This document shows positions 55,946 to 64,000 of a stretch of 64,000 nucleotides of DNA, piece after piece. Origin of the DNA: a virus. The stretch covers positions 1 through 64,000 of IMG/VR virus record IMGVR_UViG_3300050821_003659. One strand, written 5' to 3'. Every line of letters starts with the position of its first letter. Positions within the stretch are counted from its first letter, which is position 1. Below the pieces are notes generated by a model. It was not told where the DNA came from. It made no database searches and saw nothing but the letters and a program-made list of their open reading frames with translations. Made by a program: the position numbers and the translations under genes.

Positions 55946-57136
55946 ATGAACTTCTATACCTACATCGGACTGACGCCCACGGAGTTTCAGGAGCAGTACA
56001 TCGATGCAGGGTACGTGTCGATGCAGAAGCATCACGAGTTTCCGCTGGCGATCTTTGCCTACGCACGCGACACCGTGAAAGAGCAGAAGTGGGATCACGT
56101 CACCTCGCGTTGCCGTGGCATCGTCATCAACACAGAGACAGGTGAGATCGTCTCTCGCCCGTTCGAGAAGTTTCACAACTACGGCAGCGAACTCGGCTGC
56201 ATGGACACTCTGGGTGAGATGTTGAACGGTCACGAGCCGACCATCTGGGAAAAGATGGACGGGTTCATGTGTACTCTGTATACGTGGCAAGGCGTTGACT
56301 ACATCGCGTCGAAGGGATCGTTTCACTCGATCCACGCGAAGTGGGCGACCGCGTGGCTACGGAAAAAGTTTAGCACCTCTCTTGGCATCCCTGCGGGCCA
56401 CACCGCTGTGTTCGAAGGGCTGCACCGCGATCTGCGGATCGTCGTTGACTACGGGCTGCGTCAAGAACTTGTTCTTCTCGCGATCATCAACAACGAGACA
56501 GGAGAAGAGTTTTCGCCCGGAGCACTGTTCGCGTTCGCGGACAGCAAGGGCCTGTCAACTCCGAAGCCGTACAACATCGGACTAGACGCCGCCGTTCGAA
56601 TCACAATGGCGACTGGCGTCTTCGAAGACGGAGGAGACGAGGGCTTTGTGCTCACGTGGTATCAGAAGGGCCAACCGCCCTTCCGCTTGAAGTTGAAGTA
56701 CATCGAGTACCTGCGACTGCACCGGATGGTCACGGGCGTGTCTCCCAAACGCATCTGGGAAGTTTTGGCGAACAACCAATCGTCAGAGTTGGACGAATAC
56801 CTCAAGCAATCGACTCCGTGGTTCAGTGCCTTCGTCAACAAATGGCTGAAGGCCCTGACACTGGAGTTCAAACGAATCGAGAAGGAAGTGGAGACACGCT
56901 ACGCGTTCTCAGGCGTGAACCCGAATGACTTCCTGCAACCAAACAACACCGTCCCTGTGGACTTCGCTGGGCTGCGGAAAGCCTATGCCCTGAAGTTCAC
57001 GACCGAAGAGAACAAGCCGTACTCGGCGGGGCTGTTCGCACTGCTGGATGGCAAGGACATCAAGCCTGTCATCTGGAAGATGGTCAAGCACATGACTGCC
57101 GGGGCGAACCCGATGGTCGATGCACACAACACATAG
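55946..57136 (+). CDS. T4 Rnl1-like RNA ligase
   Basis: CRGIV, RPFEKFHN, motif I EKMDG, FE, motif IV EGFV, motif V KLK..EY. Confidence 0.9.
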   Translation: MNFYTYIGLTPTEFQEQYIDAGYVSMQKHHEFPLAIFAYARDTVKEQKWDHVTSRCRGIVINTETGEIVSRPFEKFHNYGSELGCMDTLGEMLNGHEPTIWEKMDGFMCTLYTWQGVDYIASKGSFHSIHAKWATAWLRKKFSTSLGIPAGHTAVFEGLHRDLRIVVDYGLRQELVLLAIINNETGEEFSPGALFAFADSKGLSTPKPYNIGLDAAVRITMATGVFEDGGDEGFVLTWYQKGQPPFRLKLKYIEYLRLHRMVTGVSPKRIWEVLANNQSSELDEYLKQSTPWFSAFVNKWLKALTLEFKRIEKEVETRYAFSGVNPNDFLQPNNTVPVDFAGLRKAYALKFTTEENKPYSAGLFALLDGKDIKPVIWKMVKHMTAGANPMVDAHNT

Positions 57137-57144
57137 GAGGAAAC

Positions 57145-57486
57145 ATGGCAACAAAAATCCGTAAGTTCAAGGTCGTGAAGCCGACCCTCAAGGCTGTACA
57201 GGCACAGTTTGCCGCGTACAAGGTGAACGCTCTGGCTCTCATCAACAAGTTCCGCTATGCCGGGGCTGAGACGTTCTTCTCGGTGAAGGGATACGAGAAG
57301 GTCGAAGGCAAGCTGAAGCCGAACGTCATCAACGTGCCCGAGCTACTCGCCATCGTTGGCACAGCGAAGCGTCTGGGCAAGCTGGTTGTCCTCACGACTT
57401 CCGGCGTGGAAGACGGTGGACAGGTGAACGTCCTGCTGCAAGACGATCCGTCTCGCGTCGTGATCCCATCTGAACTGACGTACTAG
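57145..57486 (+). CDS. hypothetical protein
   Basis: AGGAGG RBS. Confidence 0.7.
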   Translation: MATKIRKFKVVKPTLKAVQAQFAAYKVNALALINKFRYAGAETFFSVKGYEKVEGKLKPNVINVPELLAIVGTAKRLGKLVVLTTSGVEDGGQVNVLLQDDPSRVVIPSELTY

Positions 57487-57494
57487 GAGGAAGC

Positions 57495-57986
57495 ATGCGT
57501 AAGGACACACTCGCTGCGGGGGCACGCTCCGCAAAGTTTGCTGGCGGCGTCGGAGAGAACGACATCGACCGGAACATCATGAGCGACGAGGATCGTGCGG
57601 CACTCGAAGCTGAGACGGCTGCGGTCGTCGTAGAGAAGACGGCGGCACCGAAGAAAGTGTTCCGTCCTCTCGGCACGACTCTGCTCATTCGCCGCATCTC
57701 TGAGGAAGAGTTGTCGAGCGTCCTCATCACCGAGACTATCGAGAAAGAGAAGCCCGCAGAGGGCACCGTTCTCGCAGTCGGCAAGAAAGTTGTTGACACG
57801 GTCGTCGGTGATCGCGTAGTGTTTGGCAAGTACAGCGGCACCGAGTTCAAGCTGAACGGCGAAACGCTGCTCATCATGGACGAGGCAGATATCAAGGGCT
57901 TCATCGAAGACGAGAACCTTCCGGCGTCGAGCGTAAACTTTTCAAGCACGTACGAAGTCGGCGGCTGCATCGTCGCCCGAGCGTAA
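57495..57986 (+). CDS. groES: GroES co-chaperonin with N- and C-terminal extensions
   Basis: FRPLG, EKEKP.EG.VLAVG, VGDRVVFGKYSGTE, LLIM.E.DI. Confidence 0.92.
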   Translation: MRKDTLAAGARSAKFAGGVGENDIDRNIMSDEDRAALEAETAAVVVEKTAAPKKVFRPLGTTLLIRRISEEELSSVLITETIEKEKPAEGTVLAVGKKVVDTVVGDRVVFGKYSGTEFKLNGETLLIMDEADIKGFIEDENLPASSVNFSSTYEVGGCIVARA

Positions 57987-57992
57987 CCCGGA

Positions 57993-58071
57993 GGGCACGT
58001 AGGGGAGTCTGGTCGTCCCTGCCACCTTGTCACGGTGGAGATCATGGGTTCGAATCCCATCGTGCCCGCCA
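57993..58071 (+). tRNA. tRNA-Asp(GTC)
   Basis: GGGCACG/CGTGCCC acceptor, CCACC-TTGTCAC-GGTGG anticodon arm, TTCGAAT loop, G73, CCA. Confidence 0.92.
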
Positions 58072-58082
58072 TAGGAGAAAAC

Positions 58083-58799
58083 ATGGAACCGAATATCCCA
58101 GCGGTCGTCGGAGAAGTCGAAGCTGGGCGTGCCGCGAAGGTACGCCGCGAGATCAACAAACTCATCAAGGGTGTGAACACCAGCAACTTCGATCTGATGG
58201 ACTTGCTGTTCGAGGCGAAGACCAATCACTACTACTCGCCTGAGTACGAATCTTTCAGCAAGTACGCGAAGTCTCTTGACATCAAGTACACCAAGAGCTA
58301 CTATCTCGTGAAGATCAGGGCACTGATGCAGGGTGTCGGTCTTGAGCGGGCAGCGTACGAGCCTGTCGGAATGGGCAAGCTGCGTGTCATCTCGAAGCTG
58401 AACCTCGAAGGCGAGTTCAAGGGTGTTCCGATGCCCCTCGTCATCAAGGAACTGACCGAGAAGGCACTGCACATGTCTCTCGAAGATGTCACGTTCGAAG
58501 TCGATACGATCCTCGGACTCACAGAAGACGAGTCGATGGTCTGGCTGAACGTGCACCTGAAAAAGCTGGCCCGCGACAACGCGGTGAAGCCCGCTCTGGC
58601 TCTGGCGAAGAAGCACATGCCCGAATCACAGACAAAGGACGACGATGGAAACTTTGTCGATCCCGGCGACGGTGCCGCACTCGAAATGATCTGTGCGAAC
58701 TTCCTCGCTGATCCAAACTACAACCCGACCGACGAACAGGTCGCCAACGAACAGCCCGCTGAACTTGAACCCGAAGACGAACAAATCCAAGACGCATAG
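58083..58799 (+). CDS. hypothetical protein (possible DNA-binding)
   Basis: AGGAG RBS; YESFSKY, ALEMICANFL. Confidence 0.7.
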   Translation: MEPNIPAVVGEVEAGRAAKVRREINKLIKGVNTSNFDLMDLLFEAKTNHYYSPEYESFSKYAKSLDIKYTKSYYLVKIRALMQGVGLERAAYEPVGMGKLRVISKLNLEGEFKGVPMPLVIKELTEKALHMSLEDVTFEVDTILGLTEDESMVWLNVHLKKLARDNAVKPALALAKKHMPESQTKDDDGNFVDPGDGAALEMICANFLADPNYNPTDEQVANEQPAELEPEDEQIQDA

Positions 58800-58808
58800 A
58801 GGTGACGC

Positions 58809-59843
58809 ATGGCAGTTCGCACACTCGATCCGAAGCGACAGAGTTACAAAGCTGAGGCACTCGCGTCACGCCTCTCCCTCCGCATCGTCGGACAGACGGG
58901 GCCGACACAGGCCCTCCTCTCCGCAATCGCAAAGTATCAGAGCGGCTTCTACGACAAGACGAAGCCTATCTTCAGCATGCTTGGACTGGGGCCTACGGGC
59001 GTCGGCAAGACTGGCGTGTTTGAAGCCTTCGCGGAGGGCCTGTTCGGTTCTCCGAAGCACATGCTGAAGGTTGACTGTGCGGAGTTTCAGCACAGCCACG
59101 AGATCGCAAAGTTGGTCGGCTCTCCTCCCGGATATCTCGGACACCGTGAGACGCACCCGTTCTTTACGAACGCGTCTCTCGCGGCTCTGCGGACTCCTGA
59201 GCTAGACTTCACCATCGTTCTCTGGGACGAGATCGAGAAGGCAAGCGACTCTCTCTGGAATCTCCTACTCGGCATCCTCGACAAAGGGACGCTAACCACG
59301 GGGACGAACGAGAAGGTTGACATGACGAAGACGGTTCACCTCATGACCAGCAACGTCGGCTCTGCGGACATCAGCGACGAGGCATCTATCGGCTTCGACG
59401 CTGGACAGAAGCAGATGACCGACCAGCAGGTGAGCGACACCGTGATGGCTGCGGCACGCCGCAAGTTCATGCCCGAGTTCCTCGGTCGTCTGGACGAGAT
59501 CGCGGTGTTCAAGACTCTGACCGAGTCTGAGATCGCAGAGGTGCTGGGGCTGCAACTGAACGACCTGAGCGACCGCATCATGCTCAGTGCACCTGTACCT
59601 TTCGAGTTCAACGTGTCGCCCGCTGCTATCCGGCAACTGCTGAAGGAAGGATACGACAGGCGATACAACGCACGCGGTTTGAAGCACGTGATCGAGAAGC
59701 ACATCGCCCTCCCCCTTGGACGGCTGATGTCAACCGGACAGGTGATGCCAAATGACATCATCATCGTGGACTTCGACCAGAACTGGAAATACTATGCCCA
59801 AATCCCCCTTGCCCGAGCCGCTGCGGAAGGCGATATACTTTAG
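58809..59843 (+). CDS. stand-alone ClpA/B/C D2-type AAA+ ATPase with IGF loop
   Basis: GPTGVGKT, GSPPGYLG, WDEIEKA, MTSNVG, SIGF, PEFLGRLD, ARGL. Confidence 0.9.
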   Translation: MAVRTLDPKRQSYKAEALASRLSLRIVGQTGPTQALLSAIAKYQSGFYDKTKPIFSMLGLGPTGVGKTGVFEAFAEGLFGSPKHMLKVDCAEFQHSHEIAKLVGSPPGYLGHRETHPFFTNASLAALRTPELDFTIVLWDEIEKASDSLWNLLLGILDKGTLTTGTNEKVDMTKTVHLMTSNVGSADISDEASIGFDAGQKQMTDQQVSDTVMAAARRKFMPEFLGRLDEIAVFKTLTESEIAEVLGLQLNDLSDRIMLSAPVPFEFNVSPAAIRQLLKEGYDRRYNARGLKHVIEKHIALPLGRLMSTGQVMPNDIIIVDFDQNWKYYAQIPLARAAAEGDIL

Positions 59844-60066
59844 GGATGAGTGGAAGTGCCGTCACTGCGGCAACCGTCAAACGCTAGACCCCCATCACGT
59901 CGAGTATCGAAGTGCTGGGGGCGAACATTCAATGACCAACCTGCTCACGCTATGTCGTAAGTGTCACGACGATGAGCACGCGGGACGACTCCGAATCGAA
60001 GTTCTGGACGTGCTGACCAACGATCTCCGCGTGAGATTCTGGCGGCTGAAAGGATGGAAACCATGA
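59794..60066 (+). CDS. HNH endonuclease
   Basis: RDEWKCRHC, HHVEYRSAGG, NLLTLCRKCH. Confidence 0.85.
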   Translation: MPKSPLPEPLRKAIYFRDEWKCRHCGNRQTLDPHHVEYRSAGGEHSMTNLLTLCRKCHDDEHAGRLRIEVLDVLTNDLRVRFWRLKGWKP

Positions 60067-60644
60067 GCGGACTACCGAGCAGTTCTCTGGGAGAGGTACT
60101 CTTCGGCGGCGACGTGCTACCGGATGGACAGACCGTCGTGAACGCGTTGGCAAAAAAGAAACTGAATGATCCCCTCAATGATGAAGTCGCGGCGATCACT
60201 CGCAGTGTGCAACACGACTATGATCTCGATGAGCCGAACTCTGACCGAGCGATCAAAGAGGCCGAAGACAACAACCTCGAAGTGATCTTCCCGGCTGAGA
60301 ATCAGTTGCTAATCGACATCGACAGCGACCGAGCCTTCGACGTGTACATCGCGATGAAGCCTCTGCTGGAGAAGTACTACGGCATCCGCGAAGAGAAGGT
60401 CGCGTACAGCCGAAGCGGTACACCAAAGCGGCACATCACCGTCGATCTGTTCAGGACGATCACCAACGAAGAACGCATCACACTGCAAGTGATGATGGGT
60501 TCCGACCGCGTGCGGGAGTTCCTTGGACTCATCCAGTTGGGCAACGGTGATCCGCACCCCGTGTTGTTTTTAGAAAAGAAGCCTGAGGTGACCAATGCAG
60601 GATCGACCGTATCAGATGGAAGCGGAGCAAGCGACCCTCAGTGA
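60063..60644 (+). CDS. hypothetical protein with primase-like DID / SRSG / H motifs
   Basis: LLIDID, SRSG...HITV, GSD. Confidence 0.5.
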   Translation: MSGLPSSSLGEVLFGGDVLPDGQTVVNALAKKKLNDPLNDEVAAITRSVQHDYDLDEPNSDRAIKEAEDNNLEVIFPAENQLLIDIDSDRAFDVYIAMKPLLEKYYGIREEKVAYSRSGTPKRHITVDLFRTITNEERITLQVMMGSDRVREFLGLIQLGNGDPHPVLFLEKKPEVTNAGSTVSDGSGASDPQ

Positions 60645-62259
60645 ATACGACAAGGGCGTGCGTCGGATGATGCACGTGATGGCGACCGGGACTGGCAAGA
60701 CAGTCGTGTTCTCCAAGCTGTACGAGGCGATGAAAAGTCGATTGCCCGGACAGATGTTAGTCGTGGCACACACCGAGGAGTTGGTGAAGCAGAACGCCGA
60801 CGCGATGCTGGAGTGGAATCCGGGCATCAAGGTCGGCATCGAGATGTCAGGATCGTACGCCGATGAAACGGGCGACGATGTCATCAGCACCTGCGTTGGA
60901 ACGCTAGGTCGAAAGGATACCAAACGTGTCAGTCGATTTAATTGGGACAACGTGGACAAAGTCGTCATCGATGAGGCTCATCATGGGGTCACGGATGGAT
61001 ATCGCCGCATCCTTGACGCGGCAGGAAGCCTTCACGCTGATACTCATAAGCTGTTGCTGGGCGTTACTGCGACTCCGAACCGTCCTGACGGCGAACCCCT
61101 TTCGGACTTATTCGAGAAAGTCGCTTACGTCTATTCAATCAGACAGGCGATCAAAGACAAGTGGCTCGTCCCGATTCGAGGATATCGAACCGTAACAGAC
61201 ACGAGTCTGGCTGATGTGTCGAGCAATGACGGCGACTTCGTCAAAAGTGAACTGTCCGCTGCGGTGAACAACCACAAGCGGAACAATCAGATCGTGGACG
61301 TGTGGATGGCGAAGGCCGAGGGCCGACGCACGCTGTGCTTCACCGTTGACATCGAGCACGCCAAGGCACAGGCTCTGGCGTTCAACATCCGGGGCGTCGA
61401 AGCCGCCGCAGTCTGGGGCGACGATCCGATGCGGGCTGAGAAACTGGAGGCGTTCCGTGAAGGAAAAATTCGTGTACTTTGTAACTGCAATCTGCTCATT
61501 GAGGGTTTCAACGATCCGGGCATTGCGTGCGTACTACTTGCTCGTCCTACCCAAAGTGGCATCCTATTTACCCAGATGGTAGGTCGCGGCACCCGACTGT
61601 ATCCGGGCAAGCTGGATTTGATCGTGATCGACGTTGTGGACGGCACCACGAAGCACACACTGCTCACGCTGCCGACACTGATGGGCATGCAAGCCTATCT
61701 CGATCTGAAGGGCCGCTCGTTGCTTGAGGTGGTCGAGGAGTTGGAGGCACTGAAGGAAGAACATCCGGGCGTGAACTTCGACAGTCTGGAGTCGATGGAG
61801 AAGGCGGCTTGGCTCATCGAGCAGGTCGATCTCTTCCAGATTCGATTCCCCAAGGAAGTCGAAGAGAACAGCGAACTGATGTGGTTCAAGGCGGTTGACG
61901 GCGGATACAAGATGCTCGTCCCCAAGGAAGGCGACACGCGGGCGGGCTTCCTGAAAGTTTACGAGAACGCCATTGGTCGCTGGGAACTGGTAGGCCGGAT
62001 CAACGACGTTGAATTGCACGGCACGCGTCCGACGATGGAAGAGATATTCAAGGTGAGCGACGAACAGGTTCGCAAGCGTGTGAACAAGATGACGCTCACC
62101 AAGGTTCTGCGTGAGGCAACGTGGCACGGCAAGCCTGTCACGAAGGGCCAGCGGAAGATGCTGGAGCAGTTGTTCCCTCACAAGCAGTTCCTGTACGACC
62201 AGATGAACTCGGGGCAAGCCTCGAAACTCATCAGCGAAAGATTAGCGAGGAAGAAATGA
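60595..62259 (+). CDS. SF2 DEAH-box helicase
   Basis: RPYQ, ATGTGKT, DEAHH, TATP, EGFN, QMVGRG. Confidence 0.92.
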   Translation: MQDRPYQMEAEQATLSEYDKGVRRMMHVMATGTGKTVVFSKLYEAMKSRLPGQMLVVAHTEELVKQNADAMLEWNPGIKVGIEMSGSYADETGDDVISTCVGTLGRKDTKRVSRFNWDNVDKVVIDEAHHGVTDGYRRILDAAGSLHADTHKLLLGVTATPNRPDGEPLSDLFEKVAYVYSIRQAIKDKWLVPIRGYRTVTDTSLADVSSNDGDFVKSELSAAVNNHKRNNQIVDVWMAKAEGRRTLCFTVDIEHAKAQALAFNIRGVEAAAVWGDDPMRAEKLEAFREGKIRVLCNCNLLIEGFNDPGIACVLLARPTQSGILFTQMVGRGTRLYPGKLDLIVIDVVDGTTKHTLLTLPTLMGMQAYLDLKGRSLLEVVEELEALKEEHPGVNFDSLESMEKAAWLIEQVDLFQIRFPKEVEENSELMWFKAVDGGYKMLVPKEGDTRAGFLKVYENAIGRWELVGRINDVELHGTRPTMEEIFKVSDEQVRKRVNKMTLTKVLREATWHGKPVTKGQRKMLEQLFPHKQFLYDQMNSGQASKLISERLARKK

Positions 62260-62606
62260 GACTAGACACACTGCATCTGTCAACAGGTGAGAAGGTCGCA
62301 CGTTTCTGGCGTGAGCACGCGGCGTGGTCACAGGAGACGTTCGGCACCGACCAAGAGCGAGGGCCTATCGGGGCACTCAAGCATCTGGCAAAGGAAGCTG
62401 TAGAAGCACAGGCCGACATCAGCGACCGTTCAGAATTTGCGGACTGTCTCTTCCTCACCTTCGACGCGGCACGTCGTGCGGGTATGACGCTCGATGACCT
62501 GATAGACGAGGCGTTTGCGAAGCTGGAGAAGAATCGGAAACGCGTTTGGGCTAAGCCCACCAACTCGGATGAGCCGATTGAGCACGTCCGAGGCATCCAT
62601 GACTAG
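62256..62606 (+). CDS. dATP/dGTP pyrophosphohydrolase (DUF550, MazG-like)
   Basis: WSQETFG, GALKHLAKE, EFADC, KLEKN..R.W, PIEHVR. Confidence 0.85.
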   Translation: MRLDTLHLSTGEKVARFWREHAAWSQETFGTDQERGPIGALKHLAKEAVEAQADISDRSEFADCLFLTFDAARRAGMTLDDLIDEAFAKLEKNRKRVWAKPTNSDEPIEHVRGIHD

Positions 62607-63024
62607 CAGTGAGAAGGCGAAGGACAAACGCCTTCGCGAGATTTATAATCAGACACTGGAGGAGCACAATGCAAAACGCCAAGAACAACTCAACGCCTGT
62701 GCCATCTGTCGTCGTTCCTTCACCCAGTTCCAACCCTACCAAGACCACGATCACGCGTGCTGTCCCCGGCGACAGAAACGTTACTGTGGCAAGTGCAACC
62801 GGGGTCTGCTTTGTTTCCTGTGTAACAAAAAAGTCGTAGCGTGGATCGAGTACGCTCGAAAGGTTGGCATCGACCCTCACGTCGCCATCAAGTACATTGA
62901 CGACTGGACGGTGAAGATTCGTGCGAAGGGCGGCTATGAACAAAAAGAAGAAAGTCCCAAACTTCGGAAAGCAAAAAAGAGCGTTCGATCAAGTGCTCGA
63001 AGCCTATCGAAAAACAAGGGCTAA
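62599..63024 (+). CDS. endonuclease VII-like Holliday junction resolvase
   Basis: CAIC, DHDH, RGLLCFLCN. Confidence 0.85.
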   Translation: MTSSEKAKDKRLREIYNQTLEEHNAKRQEQLNACAICRRSFTQFQPYQDHDHACCPRRQKRYCGKCNRGLLCFLCNKKVVAWIEYARKVGIDPHVAIKYIDDWTVKIRAKGGYEQKEESPKLRKAKKSVRSSARSLSKNKG

Positions 63025-63340
63025 CGTCACTCTCATTGGATGCGTGAACATCAACCCCAGCGGAGGTGGTGGAGGATCGGTGGACAAGGCAAAGCCGCTG
63101 CCTTCAGAGTTCCGCTGCGATGTCGAGCGAGTGGTCGAGGCTCTGGTCGCGACCAAGTATCATCTGCACTTCTGGGCGGCGTACACGTGGTACGACAGCG
63201 ACGACGCTCTCGACCGCGAGATGTTCGCACAGAAGATGCTAGGCGACAGGCGGCATTCGTGGGAGCAGCGATTAGGTGCCAAGTTCATCGAGATCGGGCT
63301 TCACCCGCCGACTCTTTATTTCCGTCACAAGAGGGTCTGA
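62936..63340 (+). CDS. hypothetical protein
   Basis: ORF coupled to the downstream gene by TGATG. Confidence 0.6.
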   Translation: MNKKKKVPNFGKQKRAFDQVLEAYRKTRANVTLIGCVNINPSGGGGGSVDKAKPLPSEFRCDVERVVEALVATKYHLHFWAAYTWYDSDDALDREMFAQKMLGDRRHSWEQRLGAKFIEIGLHPPTLYFRHKRV

Positions 63341-63936
63341 TGAAATATCCTCGTCGCAAGGTCAAACGCACGAAACACGGCGACTATGAACGGGTTGTCA
63401 AGTTTCCCGTCTGGTCTGGTTATCAGGTTCACGTCATTTTCACGAACGACATCGCGGCGTCTCGCAAGGCCCGCTACGGATCGGCTGGAGCGTCTGAGGG
63501 TGCCCGAGCACTGCATTCGAGTGCAGAGGGTGGACACAGTCATCTGTTCTTCAGGATCGGCAACTCTCCTGCGGGTGTGATCTCGCACGAGTCTTGGCAC
63601 GCGATTCGTTGCATGATGGTGGACTTCGGTGGAGTCACAATCATGGAGAACGAGGTGACCGCGTATCACCTCGGCTACCTCACGCAAGAAGTCGTCAGCT
63701 TTCAGATCGATCTGATGGACGCAAAGATTGGAGTTAAATCTAGCAGTAGAAAGAAGGCAACACATGGCAACAAAGATTCACAAAGGTCTGTGGCTGGAAT
63801 GCAAGGTGTGCCCACACACTCCCGAGGAGTTGGAACTGAAAAAGCGGGAGAAGCGGGAACGCCTGAACCTTCGTCGCAAGCGGATGGACACGGGGGCGAC
63901 CTTGGATACCGTCGTGAGACGACAGGTGGCCTATGA
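63340..63936 (+). CDS. HExxH zinc metallopeptidase-like protein
   Basis: ISHESWHAI...NEVTAY. Confidence 0.6.
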   Translation: MKYPRRKVKRTKHGDYERVVKFPVWSGYQVHVIFTNDIAASRKARYGSAGASEGARALHSSAEGGHSHLFFRIGNSPAGVISHESWHAIRCMMVDFGGVTIMENEVTAYHLGYLTQEVVSFQIDLMDAKIGVKSSSRKKATHGNKDSQRSVAGMQGVPTHSRGVGTEKAGEAGTPEPSSQADGHGGDLGYRRETTGGL

Positions 63937-64000
63937 GCTAGGCGGGCCTGACGCCGAACCAACGAAGGATGAGAAGTTTCAAATCCTTCAGAAGTACGGC

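Noticed and set aside
1-64000. Stop-codon reassignment
   Set aside because: Long genes are intact under the standard code, all three stop codons end genes next to downstream RBSs, and no suppressor tRNA was found.

Overview
This window is part of a tailed dsDNA bacteriophage genome (GC-rich by eye, probably podovirus-like). Bases 1-18.7 kb (minus strand) are the late module: two adaptor/tail-tube-like paralogues, N4-gp56-type major capsid, scaffold, portal, large terminase, a dual-specificity phosphatase, a SprT-like protease and a four-gene glycosylation cluster. Bases 18.8-32.3 kb (plus strand) carry replication genes (SSB-like, prim-pol/helicase, family A DNA polymerase), an ncRNA block with a circularly permuted two-piece tmRNA, and small accessory genes. 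A 1.4 kb non-coding repeat-rich region (32.3-33.7 kb, possible genome end) precedes a long plus-strand early/middle region. That region has sigma70-like promoters, an AAA+/DUF3150/DUF1257/DUF2997 cluster, tRNAs, RNA-repair enzymes, GroES, a stand-alone Clp ATPase, a helicase and a resolvase. The most unusual signals are: (1) a C-terminal GR[RK][FM]R peptide shared by six unrelated proteins; (2) the permuted tmRNA, whose tag ends in AAAAGR instead of AA; (3) a Clp D2 ATPase with an IGF ClpP-docking loop; (4) an AAA+ ATPase with Walker B placed before Walker A; (5) a YxxD[GD]LTxDW motif shared by three glycosyltransferases; (6) several unexplained structured RNAs, one present in two copies. Signals 1-3 together suggest a phage-encoded protein tagging/proteolysis system (inference). 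All family assignments come from motif recognition by eye; no database search was run.
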